A stretch of DNA of 63,849 bases, the filler included, from Craspedostauros australis (Eukaryota): the NCBI GenBank assembly GCA_030167865.1. It is 8 parts of 8 records of this genome, joined end to end, with 100 filler letters (N's around TTAATTAATTAA, not from the genome) between each part and the next. Parts side by side here need not be neighbours in the genome. Positions count along the whole stretch, not along the records: positions 21,628 to 25,373 come from JALAGF010002543.1; positions 25,474 to 53,394 come from JALAGF010002545.1; 6 more parts are not named here. One strand, given 5' to 3'. Under the pieces are notes generated by a model. It made no database searches. It worked only from the letters and a program-made list of their open reading frames with translations, and was not told the DNA's origin. Below are positions 22,226 to 32,730 of this stretch, piece by piece. The position numbers were made by a program, and so were the translations under genes. Numbering within the stretch: position 1 is the stretch's first letter; each line of letters opens with the position of its first letter.

Positions 22226-24901
22226 ATGCAGGCTGCCTACGGGCATCGCCCCGACGTGAGCAAGTTCATGTGCTACCACTGGTGGCAGCCAGTGTACTAC
22301 CGAGTCGAGAAACCTGGCTTTCCCAGCCAGTCTCGCGAGCGAAAGGGGCGCTGGGCGGGTCCGTGTCTCCACAAGGGCGACGATCTGACGTACTGGGTGC
22401 TCGACGACGAGACGCAGCAGCTCCTACCGCGATCTGCTATCCGCGCTGCCGACCTCCCACCCGAGTCCAACCTTCGTGCCGACTTCCCCATGCCCGACGC
22501 TGGGGAGGATGACGGCTTGGCTGAGATCCCATCCGCTGATGGGGAGCTCCAAGACGACTCTTTCATCGAGTCCACTGCCGACCCGGTCGTCCATTCCCTC
22601 TCAGACGCCGTTCTTTTCGCTTCTGATGGAGCCGACAAAGGAGCGACGGACGGGGGAGTCGTCAAGGTGCCGCACTTCACACCTGAGGAACTGATTGGAA
22701 AGACCTTCGTGTATGATCGTGATGGTGAGCAAGTCAAGGCAGAAGTCATCCAACGTGTGAACGATGCTGATGCCGCAAACCACCAACGCATCAAGATGCT
22801 CCTTTCCATTGACGACGGAGCTGTCAACGACCTCATCTCGTATGTGGAACTGTCCGACCTGATTGAACAACAGGCAGACAGCAACACCAATGGAGAAGAC
22901 GCCAAGTGGGGATTCCACAGCATCACAGGACATGAAGGACCTCTGGTGCCAACCTCCAACCGATACAAAGGATCCAAATACAATGTGATTGTCCAATGGG
23001 ATGATGGATCTTTGACCACAGAACCGCTCTCGCTGATGATCCAAGACGATCCTGTGTCGTGTGCTGTCTACGGACGCAAGCATGACCTTCTCGAACAGCC
23101 AGGGTGGAAGCGTCTCAAGAAGACTGCTGAACGGCAAGGACGCATGAAACGGCAAGCACACATTGCCAAGACCAAGTCCAAACGACACACCAACACACCC
23201 ATCTACCAATTCGGTGTGCAGGTGCCACGCAACCACCAAGAAGCCATGCGTCTGGATACCAAGAATGGCAACAACAACTGGGCAAGGGCAGAGCAAACAG
23301 AGATGGAGCAACTCTTTGGTTACGGTACCTTCAAGTCTCTCGGAAAGACGACTGAAGTGCCAGATGGATACCAAAAGATCCGACTCCAATGGGTGTACGC
23401 AGTCAAGCATGACTTGCGTCACAAGGCCCGGTGTGTTGCGGGTGGACATCTGACAGATCCGTGCGGAGATACATCCTACGCCGGAGTCGTGAGTCTTCAA
23501 TCCCTTCGAATCGCATTACTAGCTGGTGAAACCAATGGTCTACAGACCATGGTAGGCGACATCGGAAACGCGTACCTCGAGGCGTACACCAGAGAGAAGA
23601 TATGCTTCATCGCAGGAGAAGAATTTGGAGACAAGGCAGGCAACATGTTCACCATCATCAAGGCGCTGTATGGTCTACGCACATCCGGAGCCAGATTCCA
23701 TGAGGCACTGGCCGATACCTTGCGAGACATGGGATTCATTCAATGCCGAGCAGATCCTGACGTCTGGATGCGTGACGCCAACACTCATTGGGAATACGTA
23801 TGCGTATACGTGGACGACCTGATGGCTGTGATGGCAGATCCCCGATCCTTCTTCGATCAGCTGACGGCACAGTACGGTTACAAGCTGAAGGGAGTCGGCC
23901 CAGTCTCATACCACTTGGGAGCTGACTTCGGCCGAGACACAGACGGAACCATGCGCATCAGCGCTCGGTCATACATCAAGCGGATGTTGACCAACTTCGA
24001 GACCATGTTTGATGGGCCACCCCACAAACGGAGCAGTCCCCTCGACAAGGACGACAGTCCTGAACTCGACATTACCCCAGAGCTTGGTGAGATCCAGAAA
24101 CGACAGTACATGTCTTTGATCGGAGCTCTCCAATGGTGTGTCACACTTGGACGATTCGATATCCATGTCGCGGTCATGACGCTCTCCCGATTCCGATCTG
24201 CACCACGAAAGGGACACCTGGATCGAGCAAAGCAAGTGTATGGATACCTGCGAAAATACCCTGACGCATCCATCCGATTCCGCACTGGTATTCCCAAACA
24301 TGAAGATCACTACGATACCCCAAAACAGGATTGGGCGTACACCGTGTACGGCGACACCACAGAAGAACTCCCATCAGATGCACCTGCACCACGCGGTAAG
24401 GCCATGAGGACAACCACCTTTGTGGATGCGAACTTGCTGCACTGCAGAGCGTCCGGGAAGTCTGCCACTGGCATACTCCACCTCGTAAATCAGACACCAA
24501 TCGATTGGTTCTCGAAGAGACAGTCAACCGTGGAGACAGCAACCTACGGATCTGAGTTCGTGGCTGCACGCCTGGCTACTGAACAGATCATATCTCTACG
24601 TCTCACGCTCTGTGAAATGGGCATCCCCATCGACGGACCAAGCTGGATGTTTGGAGACAACCAAGGTGTTCTCTCTTCATCGAACATCCCGAACAGCACC
24701 CTCACCAAGCGGCACAACGCGCTCGCCTACCACCGAGTTCGGTCTGCCATCGCTGCAGGGATCATGTACTTCGTGAAGATCCATGGACACCAGAACGTCG
24801 CAGACGTACTCACGAAGCTTCTTCCCAGATCAATCTTCTGGGATTTGGTGCAACCGCTCCTATTCTGGAAAGGAGACACGAACACGTCAACACATGAGTG
24901 A
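22226..24901 (+). CDS. pol: Copia Pol fragment (RT/RNase H open)
   Basis: HKARCVAGG, GDIGNAYL, ALYGLRTSG, YVDDL, FVDAN, TVETATYGSEF, FGDN and ADVLTK. In-frame TGA just upstream at 22202-22204. Confidence 0.92.
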   Translation: MQAAYGHRPDVSKFMCYHWWQPVYYRVEKPGFPSQSRERKGRWAGPCLHKGDDLTYWVLDDETQQLLPRSAIRAADLPPESNLRADFPMPDAGEDDGLAEIPSADGELQDDSFIESTADPVVHSLSDAVLFASDGADKGATDGGVVKVPHFTPEELIGKTFVYDRDGEQVKAEVIQRVNDADAANHQRIKMLLSIDDGAVNDLISYVELSDLIEQQADSNTNGEDAKWGFHSITGHEGPLVPTSNRYKGSKYNVIVQWDDGSLTTEPLSLMIQDDPVSCAVYGRKHDLLEQPGWKRLKKTAERQGRMKRQAHIAKTKSKRHTNTPIYQFGVQVPRNHQEAMRLDTKNGNNNWARAEQTEMEQLFGYGTFKSLGKTTEVPDGYQKIRLQWVYAVKHDLRHKARCVAGGHLTDPCGDTSYAGVVSLQSLRIALLAGETNGLQTMVGDIGNAYLEAYTREKICFIAGEEFGDKAGNMFTIIKALYGLRTSGARFHEALADTLRDMGFIQCRADPDVWMRDANTHWEYVCVYVDDLMAVMADPRSFFDQLTAQYGYKLKGVGPVSYHLGADFGRDTDGTMRISARSYIKRMLTNFETMFDGPPHKRSSPLDKDDSPELDITPELGEIQKRQYMSLIGALQWCVTLGRFDIHVAVMTLSRFRSAPRKGHLDRAKQVYGYLRKYPDASIRFRTGIPKHEDHYDTPKQDWAYTVYGDTTEELPSDAPAPRGKAMRTTTFVDANLLHCRASGKSATGILHLVNQTPIDWFSKRQSTVETATYGSEFVAARLATEQIISLRLTLCEMGIPIDGPSWMFGDNQGVLSSSNIPNSTLTKRHNALAYHRVRSAIAAGIMYFVKIHGHQNVADVLTKLLPRSIFWDLVQPLLFWKGDTNTSTHE

Positions 24902-24927
24902 CAGGCACAGAGATACGCTTCGGGGAG

Positions 24928-25373
24928 TATTAGCATTATGCTTTATTCCGCACAGCTCTCTCTCGTGTTCCAGCTTAGTTGTGCGTATGAACCGTATCCT
25001 GAACCAACACGGACCATGAAATGGTCACATTACGAGCGAATAGCTCGACGAGAAACGAAAATGAAGATGTACCAAGGTACTGGGTACCAGAGACAAGGTA
25101 CCACGATACAAGAACGATACTGTGAGATAGCTACTGACCCAAACAAGTTGAACTTGAAGAGATCTAAGGATCCCATCCGATGCTTGCAGAACAGAGGAAT
25201 GCAAGAGCAGAGGCATGGACATGAACAGAGGTCAGAGATTAAGCTCACAACTCTTAAGTTTGTAATAACATTTGAGTTCCCAACAGACTACCAGTGAACG
25301 CCACCTTCTCGACCTGATCAATCGCAGAAGGACGCGTTCTTCCTAAGTTACAACCAATTCCTCAAGTCTAACA
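24928..25373 (+). repeat. 3' LTR (~446 bp)
   Basis: Follows the PPT. Ends TATTAG/CTAACA form an inverted repeat with one mismatch, and the contig ends exactly at the CA. Confidence 0.75.
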
Positions 25374-25473
25374 NNNNNNNNNNNNNNNNNNNNNNNNNNN
25401 NNNNNNNNNNNNNNNNNTTAATTAATTAANNNNNNNNNNNNNNNNNNNNNNNNNNNNNNNNNNNNNNNNNNNN
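25374..25473. other. Artificial spacer
   Basis: N44-TTAATTAATTAA-N44. Confidence 0.98.
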
Positions 25474-27115
25474 CCAACTCTTCGGAGACACGATGAACAC
25501 AACAGCCCGACTGGAAAGCACGAGTATGAGAGGCAGGATTCAGGTGTCGAAGCAAACAGCCGAGCTCATCGCAAAGTCAGGCAAGCCTCATTGGCTGCAG
25601 AAGCGAGCCGACGTTGTGATGGCGAAGGGGAAGGGGGAGATGGAAACCTTCTGGCTCTCGCCTGGTAAGGGAAGCCCTGATGGCGAGACAGAGAGTGAGA
25701 CAGACATGAATGCTCAAATCTTCGAGCTTGCCGATGCCATTCAGGGGAACAAGTCCATCAGTCTGGACTCAAGGATCGCTCGCCTCATTGACTGGAACGT
25801 CGAAACTTTGGTGCGGTTGCTGAAGCAAATCGTCGCAAGACGACGCGCGTCACACGATTTCTCTTCGAAACCAAGTCACGTTGACCGCAGCATGTGTCTC
25901 AGTGTCGATCACAGGAAAGGAGAAACCTTCCTAGACGAGGTGAAAGAGATCATCGAACTCCCTGAGTTCGACGCGGGTATTGCTCAGAGGGAGCAGGCGC
26001 AAGGCCCCGCCGAGGTCAGCTCTGTCGTTGTCGAAGAGCTCCGAGCGTACGTGACAGAAGTCGCGGACTTGTACCGCAAGAATCCGTTCCACAGCTTCGA
26101 GCACGCAAGTCATGTCACCATGTCCGTCATCAAGCTCATGACACGCATTGTGGCCCCTTCGGATCTCGATCTTGGCGGCACCGCAACGGAGGCAACCATT
26201 CACGAAGGCGACGAGAATGCCGCAGACAAGGGCAGATTGCAAAAGGAGGCATCTTCATTGCACGATCACACCTACGGAATCACATCCGATCCGCTGACGC
26301 AGTTTGCATGCGCCTTCACTGCACTCATCCACGACGTCGATCACACCGGCGTTCCCAACCAGCAGCTCATCAGCGAGAATCCAAGGCTCGCGGCCATCTA
26401 CAAGAACAGGAGCGTCGCGGAACAAAACTCGCTCAGCCTCTCATGGGATCTCCTCATGGATGAACGCTTCGAGAACCTGCGCAACACCATCTTCTCCACC
26501 AAGGCCGAGCTCTGCCGTTTCCGAGAGCTTGTGGTGAACGCTGTCATGGCCACAGACATCGTCGACAAGGACCTCAAGGTCCTCCGCAACGAGCGCTGGA
26601 ACAAGGCATTCGAGACCACCGACAACAGCAACAACAACAATGTTGGCAATGTTGCTGCCGACAGCAGCAGGAAAGGTCGATCGGTCAGTGCGAAACGCGC
26701 AGCTCGTGATGGTGTCAACCGCAAGGCGACCATCGTGATCGAGCATCTCATCCAGGCTTCGGATGTTGCCCACACCATGCAGCATTGGCACGTGTACCGC
26801 AAGTGGAACGAGCGGTTGTTCCACGAGCTCTACGCTGCCTACCGAAGCGGACGAGCAGGCAGCAACCCAGCAGACTTCTGGGCGAAGGGCGAGGTGATGT
26901 TCTTTGACCATTACGTCATCCCGCTGGCGAAGAAGCTGAAGAACTGTGGAGTCTTCGGTGTGTCGAGTGATGAATACCTGAACTACGCCATCAGCAACAG
27001 GCAAGAGTGGATCGAGAAGGGTGACACGATCGTTGCGGACATGGTGAGCAAGCTGAGTGACCAGTTCGAGGCCAGCAGCACGGATACGGAGGAGGAAGAG
27101 GAGGAGAGTGAGTGA
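25474..27115 (+). CDS. C-terminal part of a class III nucleotide cyclase fused to a PDEase-like (HD) domain; 5'-truncated by the contig edge
   Basis: Cyclase end QLFGDTMNTTARLES..RIQVS..KGKGEMETFWL. PDE motifs NPFHSFEHASHV, HDVDHTGVPN, SVAEQ, VMATDI and QASDVAH. Confidence 0.9.
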
Positions 27116-27319
27116 GTGAGTGAGTGAAGCATGACAGATGCAGAATGGATGCAGAGCTGATGACACCGCGAGGGTACGATGGTGATGCAGGTGCGCGCAT
27201 CCAGAGGTTGCCAAAAGGGAATAATGGGACATGTGGTTGTGACGAATGGCTCTGCTCCAGAGAGTATACAATCTGCGTGAGCGAGAGGGCCTCCCATGGA
27301 GACCACAACTCGCATATGA

Positions 27320-27385
27320 CCCCATTCAGGGTTCGCAAGTATCATCCTGCAGATTTGACATAGTAAACGTGACATTTTTAGAACA
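27320..27385 (+). repeat. Dispersed ~66-bp motif (copy B), probable DNA-transposon terminus
   Basis: Aligns with 21047-21113 through identical blocks CCCCATTCAGG, GATTTGACAT, ACGTGA and ATTTTTAGAACA. Confidence 0.55.
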
Positions 27386-28480
27386 CCACCAGGGTATTGT
27401 GTTGACATACCCATTGGCCTGACGACAGACAGATGGTCCGCAAACCCCTCAAACAGGAGGAGACACAGAGTCACCCGTCTCCTGTCCTCATAATCCCTCC
27501 GATCCTCGTTCTACACACAGTAAAACATCATAGCATGTCCACTATCACACACAGATACTGACAGATTGTATATTAGGGTTCAAATTCCGTGGGTTCCGTT
27601 TGCACGATCTGGCGTCAGAGCACGTGTTGGTGCTGCCGATCTTGGTGGTGGCAAGGAGAGACACATGTGAAGCGATTGACGTGGTGTTATGATGCGAACA
27701 CGGGAGTCGTACATGAGCAACCTACACTGGAGGGAACAATGCATGCGTACGGTTTGATAAGCAAAATATTCATCTTTATGGCTTTGCCACCTCTATTTAG
27801 GGTTTCATGCGTGAGTTGGATTTTCGTGTGCTTGTTGGGACACGATCCGAAAGGGGAGACCTTGCTGGCTGCCAGACTCAATGAGTCCGATGATGCAGTT
27901 GACAAGGATGAACCGTCTGGGTATTAGTTGTAGGTGACAATGAATAGATTAGGTTGGTTGTGCTGATCTTGAGTTGTGCTATTAGTTATTTTGAATAGTC
28001 TGCATTGTGAGTTGATCAGTTTGAGGTGTAGGATGAAGAAACGATGCTCAGTTGGATAGTGTGGCTCTGCACTGACCATAAGAGGTTCAGTGTTGAGAAC
28101 GGACGATCTCTTCCTCTCTCATTCTCTCTCTCTCTCTCTGCTATCTGTGGTAGTCATTCTATGCTCGAGTACAAAGGCTTGACATCTTGGTTGAGGTTGT
28201 GTTTCGAGAACACAGGTTGTCAGGCGACGGGAATTGGTGTGAGATTCCCTGCTCATGTTGAAGCAGGGAAGATCTCCTTGTTGCCGTCGAGTTAAGTTGG
28301 CAGTTGACATGGCTGACAATGGAATCAGAGTTAGGTGCAACACGATATTTCAGAGGAGCACATAGTTCCCGGAGTGCATTGATCTTGATGATCCAAGTGG
28401 GTATTGAATCAGCAGTGATTCGTGAGTGAGAATGGGAAAACGAGGGAGAATGGGGGTTTTCCGTATTTCTAGGTGGAAGG

Positions 28481-28507
28481 TTTCGCGCCAAAATTTACGC
28501 GCCAAAA
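28481..28507. promoter_or_regulatory. Tandem E2F-like sites
   Basis: TTTCGCGCCAAAA followed by TTTACGCGCCAAAA; matches TTTSSCGC on both strands. Confidence 0.35.
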
Positions 28508-29669
28508 CAATTTCATGGTGCGACACAGGATGCACTAAGTGGAAAGTAGTCTGTTCTTTAGATGAACTTCAACTGCGTGTAATAATTTGAAAGAAAGAGC
28601 GGAGTAGTCGCTGAATGCAACATGAACCAATTCGCCGCGCAATCTCGCTGTGGCAACGCTACGCGAACCATAGAGCGATAGTAAGCAAATCAGTTGAGAT
28701 TCGCACAAGGTTGTGTGTGACCGAAAGCCAGCAAGGACAATCGCAGTGCCATCCCAAACGATAGCACAAGCGGAGATGGTTTGTGATTGCTGACATGTTG
28801 TTTTCGGACCTCGAAGGTTCACGCAAGATCCAGCGAAGGTGCATGTCGTCCATGACGAGACAACCTTCAATCTATTAATGTCAAGGCCATTGAACTCTGG
28901 CATTTGTGTGATACCTGAGTATGCCCAAGCTGTGCATTGCCCTCAGAAAACGGGGAGCCTGACGCAACTCCGAGAGCTACGGTGTGTTGTCTGTACTTGA
29001 ATCAACCGCGACCCCATTCACACTTCGATGCCTCTCTGTGTGGATTCGCTTGTGGCCGGAAGCGATGAGAGCAAATTCGCGCTTGTTTAAGTCCGGCACG
29101 AATGAGGAAGCTCGCTTTCGCAAAACACGAGAGGCCAGCTACACCAAACCTTTCCTGATCACCCAGCGCAACCGAGCATGCAATAGCACCATGAAAGCAA
29201 ACACTGCACCGGATGCAGCGCGCCCATACCCATTCACACTCCTATCGAACGACACTGCTCGAAAGCCACACTCTCGAGGCACCCACATGATGCTAATTCC
29301 TCTCACAAATCAACAAGGTTACAATTTTATTTGACACAAGAACGAAAAATCGCCCAGAAGTCAGCAACCAGCCTCATCCACACGAGAGGCATCATTCACA
29401 ACAACACCAATCTATCACACTCATATCTATCTCTAAACCACAACTTGCAACAGTCGTCTTCCGTTTCAGCTCGGAAGCTACATTTGGCACAGTCGCGCAC
29501 GCCCAACTTGACGGGAACAAGGCTTCGCGCTCTAGCACTCTCGCAGCCTCGCACCCGCATATCACGACGCAACAAGGCCAAAACACGCATCGCGACGGCA
29601 CCAGTACATTCCACACTCCGCACTCCGCACTCCACTCCGAAACGCAACTGGAAGCTCTCAAATCCAACC

Positions 29670-32249
29670 ATGACCAACTTCAAGGCGATCACTGTCATTG
29701 CTCTCGTCGTTGCGAACTTGGTAACGACCAAAGCGCATCTCCGCGGAGACAAGGCCGCGGATGCAATCGATGAAATGCACCTCACGCTGGAGGTCACTCG
29801 CAGGCTCAAGGTCACTGGTGATACTGGTGGCAACAACGGAGGAAGCGGGATGAAAACGACGAAAATGACCAAGAATGGCAAGATAAGTAAGAATGGCAAG
29901 GCGCAAGTTACTGTTTCTCCCACATTCGTACCATCAGCCCCTCCGCTCTCAACTGCCACTCCGACGCGTGGGCAGACTTCTCCGCCAACTGCTTCGCCAA
30001 CTGCTTCGCCAACTGCTTCGCCAACTGAGTCGCCGACTGCTTCGCCAACTACATCTCCCACGCATGGACCAACGAATCAGTCAACTAGCAGGCCAACTAG
30101 CCAGCCAACCAATCAACCGAATCCCGCCCCATCAGCAGGTCCAGTAGATTTCGATCCCAACATTTTCGTCAGATGCCTACCATCTGGGTCTACCATCCTC
30201 ACATCAGATGAAGCTCGTATCAAGCTGATCACCTGCAATCCTTCCAAGGCATCGTGCCGCGAAGCCGTGACCGCAGTGAGGAGATCCACATCACTGCAAA
30301 ACTATTTCGGTTGCGCAGGAGACCTCGGAGAAGGAGCGGCACGCAAGCTATTCAATCGATACGCGATGAACGCCGAGCTCGTTGATCAGCTCACCTTGGT
30401 GGCTGATGTTGGGATGACCCTCATCACAGAAAGATCGGAAGCAATGAAGGCGACATGCATGGCGGTCGGCATGACACAATCGCCACCAGCCACCAATCCA
30501 TGCTGCCAAGGAGCATCAGGATGCGCCTCTACTGGCACTTCCACTCCTTCTGGTGCTGTCACACCTTTCATGACCGTCGCTATCACTGCTTGCACCGGCG
30601 ATAACGCATGCAAGGACATGGGACTGAATCCTCTCATCCTTGATTCTTCCTGTACTGGCACAAGTGCATGCGAGTACATGAATCAGAACGACCCCCGTCC
30701 CATCAACACAGGGATCACCTTCGTGGGAGAAGTCGCTTGTACCACAGCGCGATCGTGTGAGGGAGTTGGGTACCGGTCCTACGGCGATGTGTCCATTCAG
30801 AACGGGTCATGCTTGGGATCAGAGGCATGCAATTCGGTCGGGCGGCGCTCCATACAAACGTTGCCTGTTCGCATCCACAGCCACATCGCCATTGGGTCGA
30901 ATGCTTGTATTGGTCGGCGTGCGTGCAAGGAGGCCCATTCTACCGTGAATCGCAACCCTGGTGGCAAGAACGAGGGAAGCCTGACCATCGGTGATGACAG
31001 CTGTACTCGCGATAGCTCATGCGAGAAGATGGGGTCCAATGACTTGATGAGGACGGATATCAGGGTGGCTGATGGCGAGTGCAGTGATGTTGAGAGTTGC
31101 AGTAGATGTATGACTAAGCTTGAGTGCAGTCGTGACGATGTGTACGTCATCAACGATGCAGATGGAGCTTGTCCAAAGAGGAGCGGGAGCAACGAGCCAA
31201 CTGGAGAGAAGGTGGATGAGTTTTGTGTTGGAAAGGATACCTTACCCACTGATTGCCCGACGTATTCTCCTACGCCTCTTCCTACTAGTCTTTCAACGGC
31301 AGCTCCGACCAATGTTCCAACCGAGATGCCGTCAGGTACTCCGAGCTCAATGCCTTCGCTCTCGCGTGCTCCCTCAGAAGCACCGTCTGGGGAACCCTCG
31401 AAAGGTCCCTCGGATTCGCCATCTGAGAGCCCCTCCCATTCTCCGTCTGATTCACCGTCGCAGATTCCATCTCAAATTCCATCGAATCCTCCGTCGCGGA
31501 GGCCTTCGACTTCGCCTTCGGATTTTCCGTCCCAAACACCGTCTGATTCGCCTTCGGATTTTCCGTCCCAAACGCCGTCTGATTCGCCTTCGGATTTTCC
31601 GTCTCAAGCGCCGTCGCACGCACCCTCCGACTCTCCTTCCAAAGCGCCGTCGCAGAGCCCGACGCAACAGCCCTCCGACTCTCCGTCGCAACAACCCACA
31701 GTATCAGTTGCGCCAACCGCTCCTCCGGCTTCTGTGCAAGTTGGATGTCTTGAAGTTCCGGGAAATGGAACATCCACGTTCAACGTGCTTCCTGAGGAAG
31801 TCTTTTGTCCAGATGCGGTTGGCGTCTGTGCTTTTCTCGTTGGAGAAATCAATGCTCTTCCAGATGACCAAGCAAAGATGTTCAAGAGCATCGTGGGGTG
31901 CAATGCTGATCCAATTCCTGGGATCGTTTCCTTGCAGGTAGCACAGCAACGCTTTGACAGCCTAATGAGTGAACCTTTTGGGGTGCAGATCGTATTGGCA
32001 ATTGTGAGGCAAGAGAGCATCTACACTGGCAGCGGGCCTGCCATCACAGCAGCATGCGATGGCGGCTGCTGTGCAAATGGATGTTCCGTTGATCCTTCCA
32101 CCGGCGTGATGACAGTCAATGAAAGGGGATGCTCGGCTTTGTCTTTTCCTTGCCTTGATCAGCCCGCCAATATTATCTTGCTCGGTAATTGTAGGTTTGA
32201 TCAAGATCGCAACGCAACAGTGTGCGCGCAACTCGAAATTTTACCTTGA
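29670..32249 (+). CDS. Secreted mucin-like protein: signal peptide, RRL, KxxK cluster, PT/PS repeats, Cys-rich repeats and two related Cys-rich domains
   Basis: MTNFKAITVIALVVANLVTTKA-HLRG, TRRL, KTTKMTKNGKISKNGK, PTAS and PSDS repeats, and (S/A)CxGxxAC repeats. Confidence 0.85.
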   Translation: MTNFKAITVIALVVANLVTTKAHLRGDKAADAIDEMHLTLEVTRRLKVTGDTGGNNGGSGMKTTKMTKNGKISKNGKAQVTVSPTFVPSAPPLSTATPTRGQTSPPTASPTASPTASPTESPTASPTTSPTHGPTNQSTSRPTSQPTNQPNPAPSAGPVDFDPNIFVRCLPSGSTILTSDEARIKLITCNPSKASCREAVTAVRRSTSLQNYFGCAGDLGEGAARKLFNRYAMNAELVDQLTLVADVGMTLITERSEAMKATCMAVGMTQSPPATNPCCQGASGCASTGTSTPSGAVTPFMTVAITACTGDNACKDMGLNPLILDSSCTGTSACEYMNQNDPRPINTGITFVGEVACTTARSCEGVGYRSYGDVSIQNGSCLGSEACNSVGRRSIQTLPVRIHSHIAIGSNACIGRRACKEAHSTVNRNPGGKNEGSLTIGDDSCTRDSSCEKMGSNDLMRTDIRVADGECSDVESCSRCMTKLECSRDDVYVINDADGACPKRSGSNEPTGEKVDEFCVGKDTLPTDCPTYSPTPLPTSLSTAAPTNVPTEMPSGTPSSMPSLSRAPSEAPSGEPSKGPSDSPSESPSHSPSDSPSQIPSQIPSNPPSRRPSTSPSDFPSQTPSDSPSDFPSQTPSDSPSDFPSQAPSHAPSDSPSKAPSQSPTQQPSDSPSQQPTVSVAPTAPPASVQVGCLEVPGNGTSTFNVLPEEVFCPDAVGVCAFLVGEINALPDDQAKMFKSIVGCNADPIPGIVSLQVAQQRFDSLMSEPFGVQIVLAIVRQESIYTGSGPAITAACDGGCCANGCSVDPSTGVMTVNERGCSALSFPCLDQPANIILLGNCRFDQDRNATVCAQLEILP

Positions 32250-32730
32250 ATACGACTAACTAAAACAACCTCGGGAGTATACCCTGCATTCACCTCACGT
32301 CATTGCGTCCGAGCATTTATGGTAGCTTTTGATCGAGAGTGATGATTGGGGAGAACATGTATTGTATCACAGTATGAGCTGAGCAGTGTTCTACGACAAA
32401 ACTCGTAGCGATCGCAGTTCGGAAACCAGTTTTCTCGCAGGCCTCGTCCCCAACATCGGATGTCAATGAAGGCAGGAGTCGTCGTGGTTGTACGAGTGTG
32501 CAGGAGGATTTGCGGAACGAGAAGCCGGTGCTTGGATGCATCGTCAACCGCTGACAATATCAGCATGGACTGTGAGCACTCGGGCGAACTGGTGCGGACA
32601 CCAATTCGATCAGTATGCTCATTGTTAGGCGGGTAGTCCGGACCACTCGCGAAACGCAGAACGGTATCGTAATCGTTCGTTCATCATTGAAATAAGAGTC
32701 AAATACTGCTCCGAAATACTCGACATCGAT

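Larger units (their letters stand above)
22175..25373 (+). mobile_element. Ty1/Copia (CoDi-like) LTR retrotransposon, 5'-truncated: integrase C-terminus, chromo-like segment, RT, RNase H, PPT, 3' LTR
   Basis: Domain order IN-RT-RH. PPT GGGGAG at 24922-24927, then an LTR running TATTAG...CTAACA. Confidence 0.93.
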
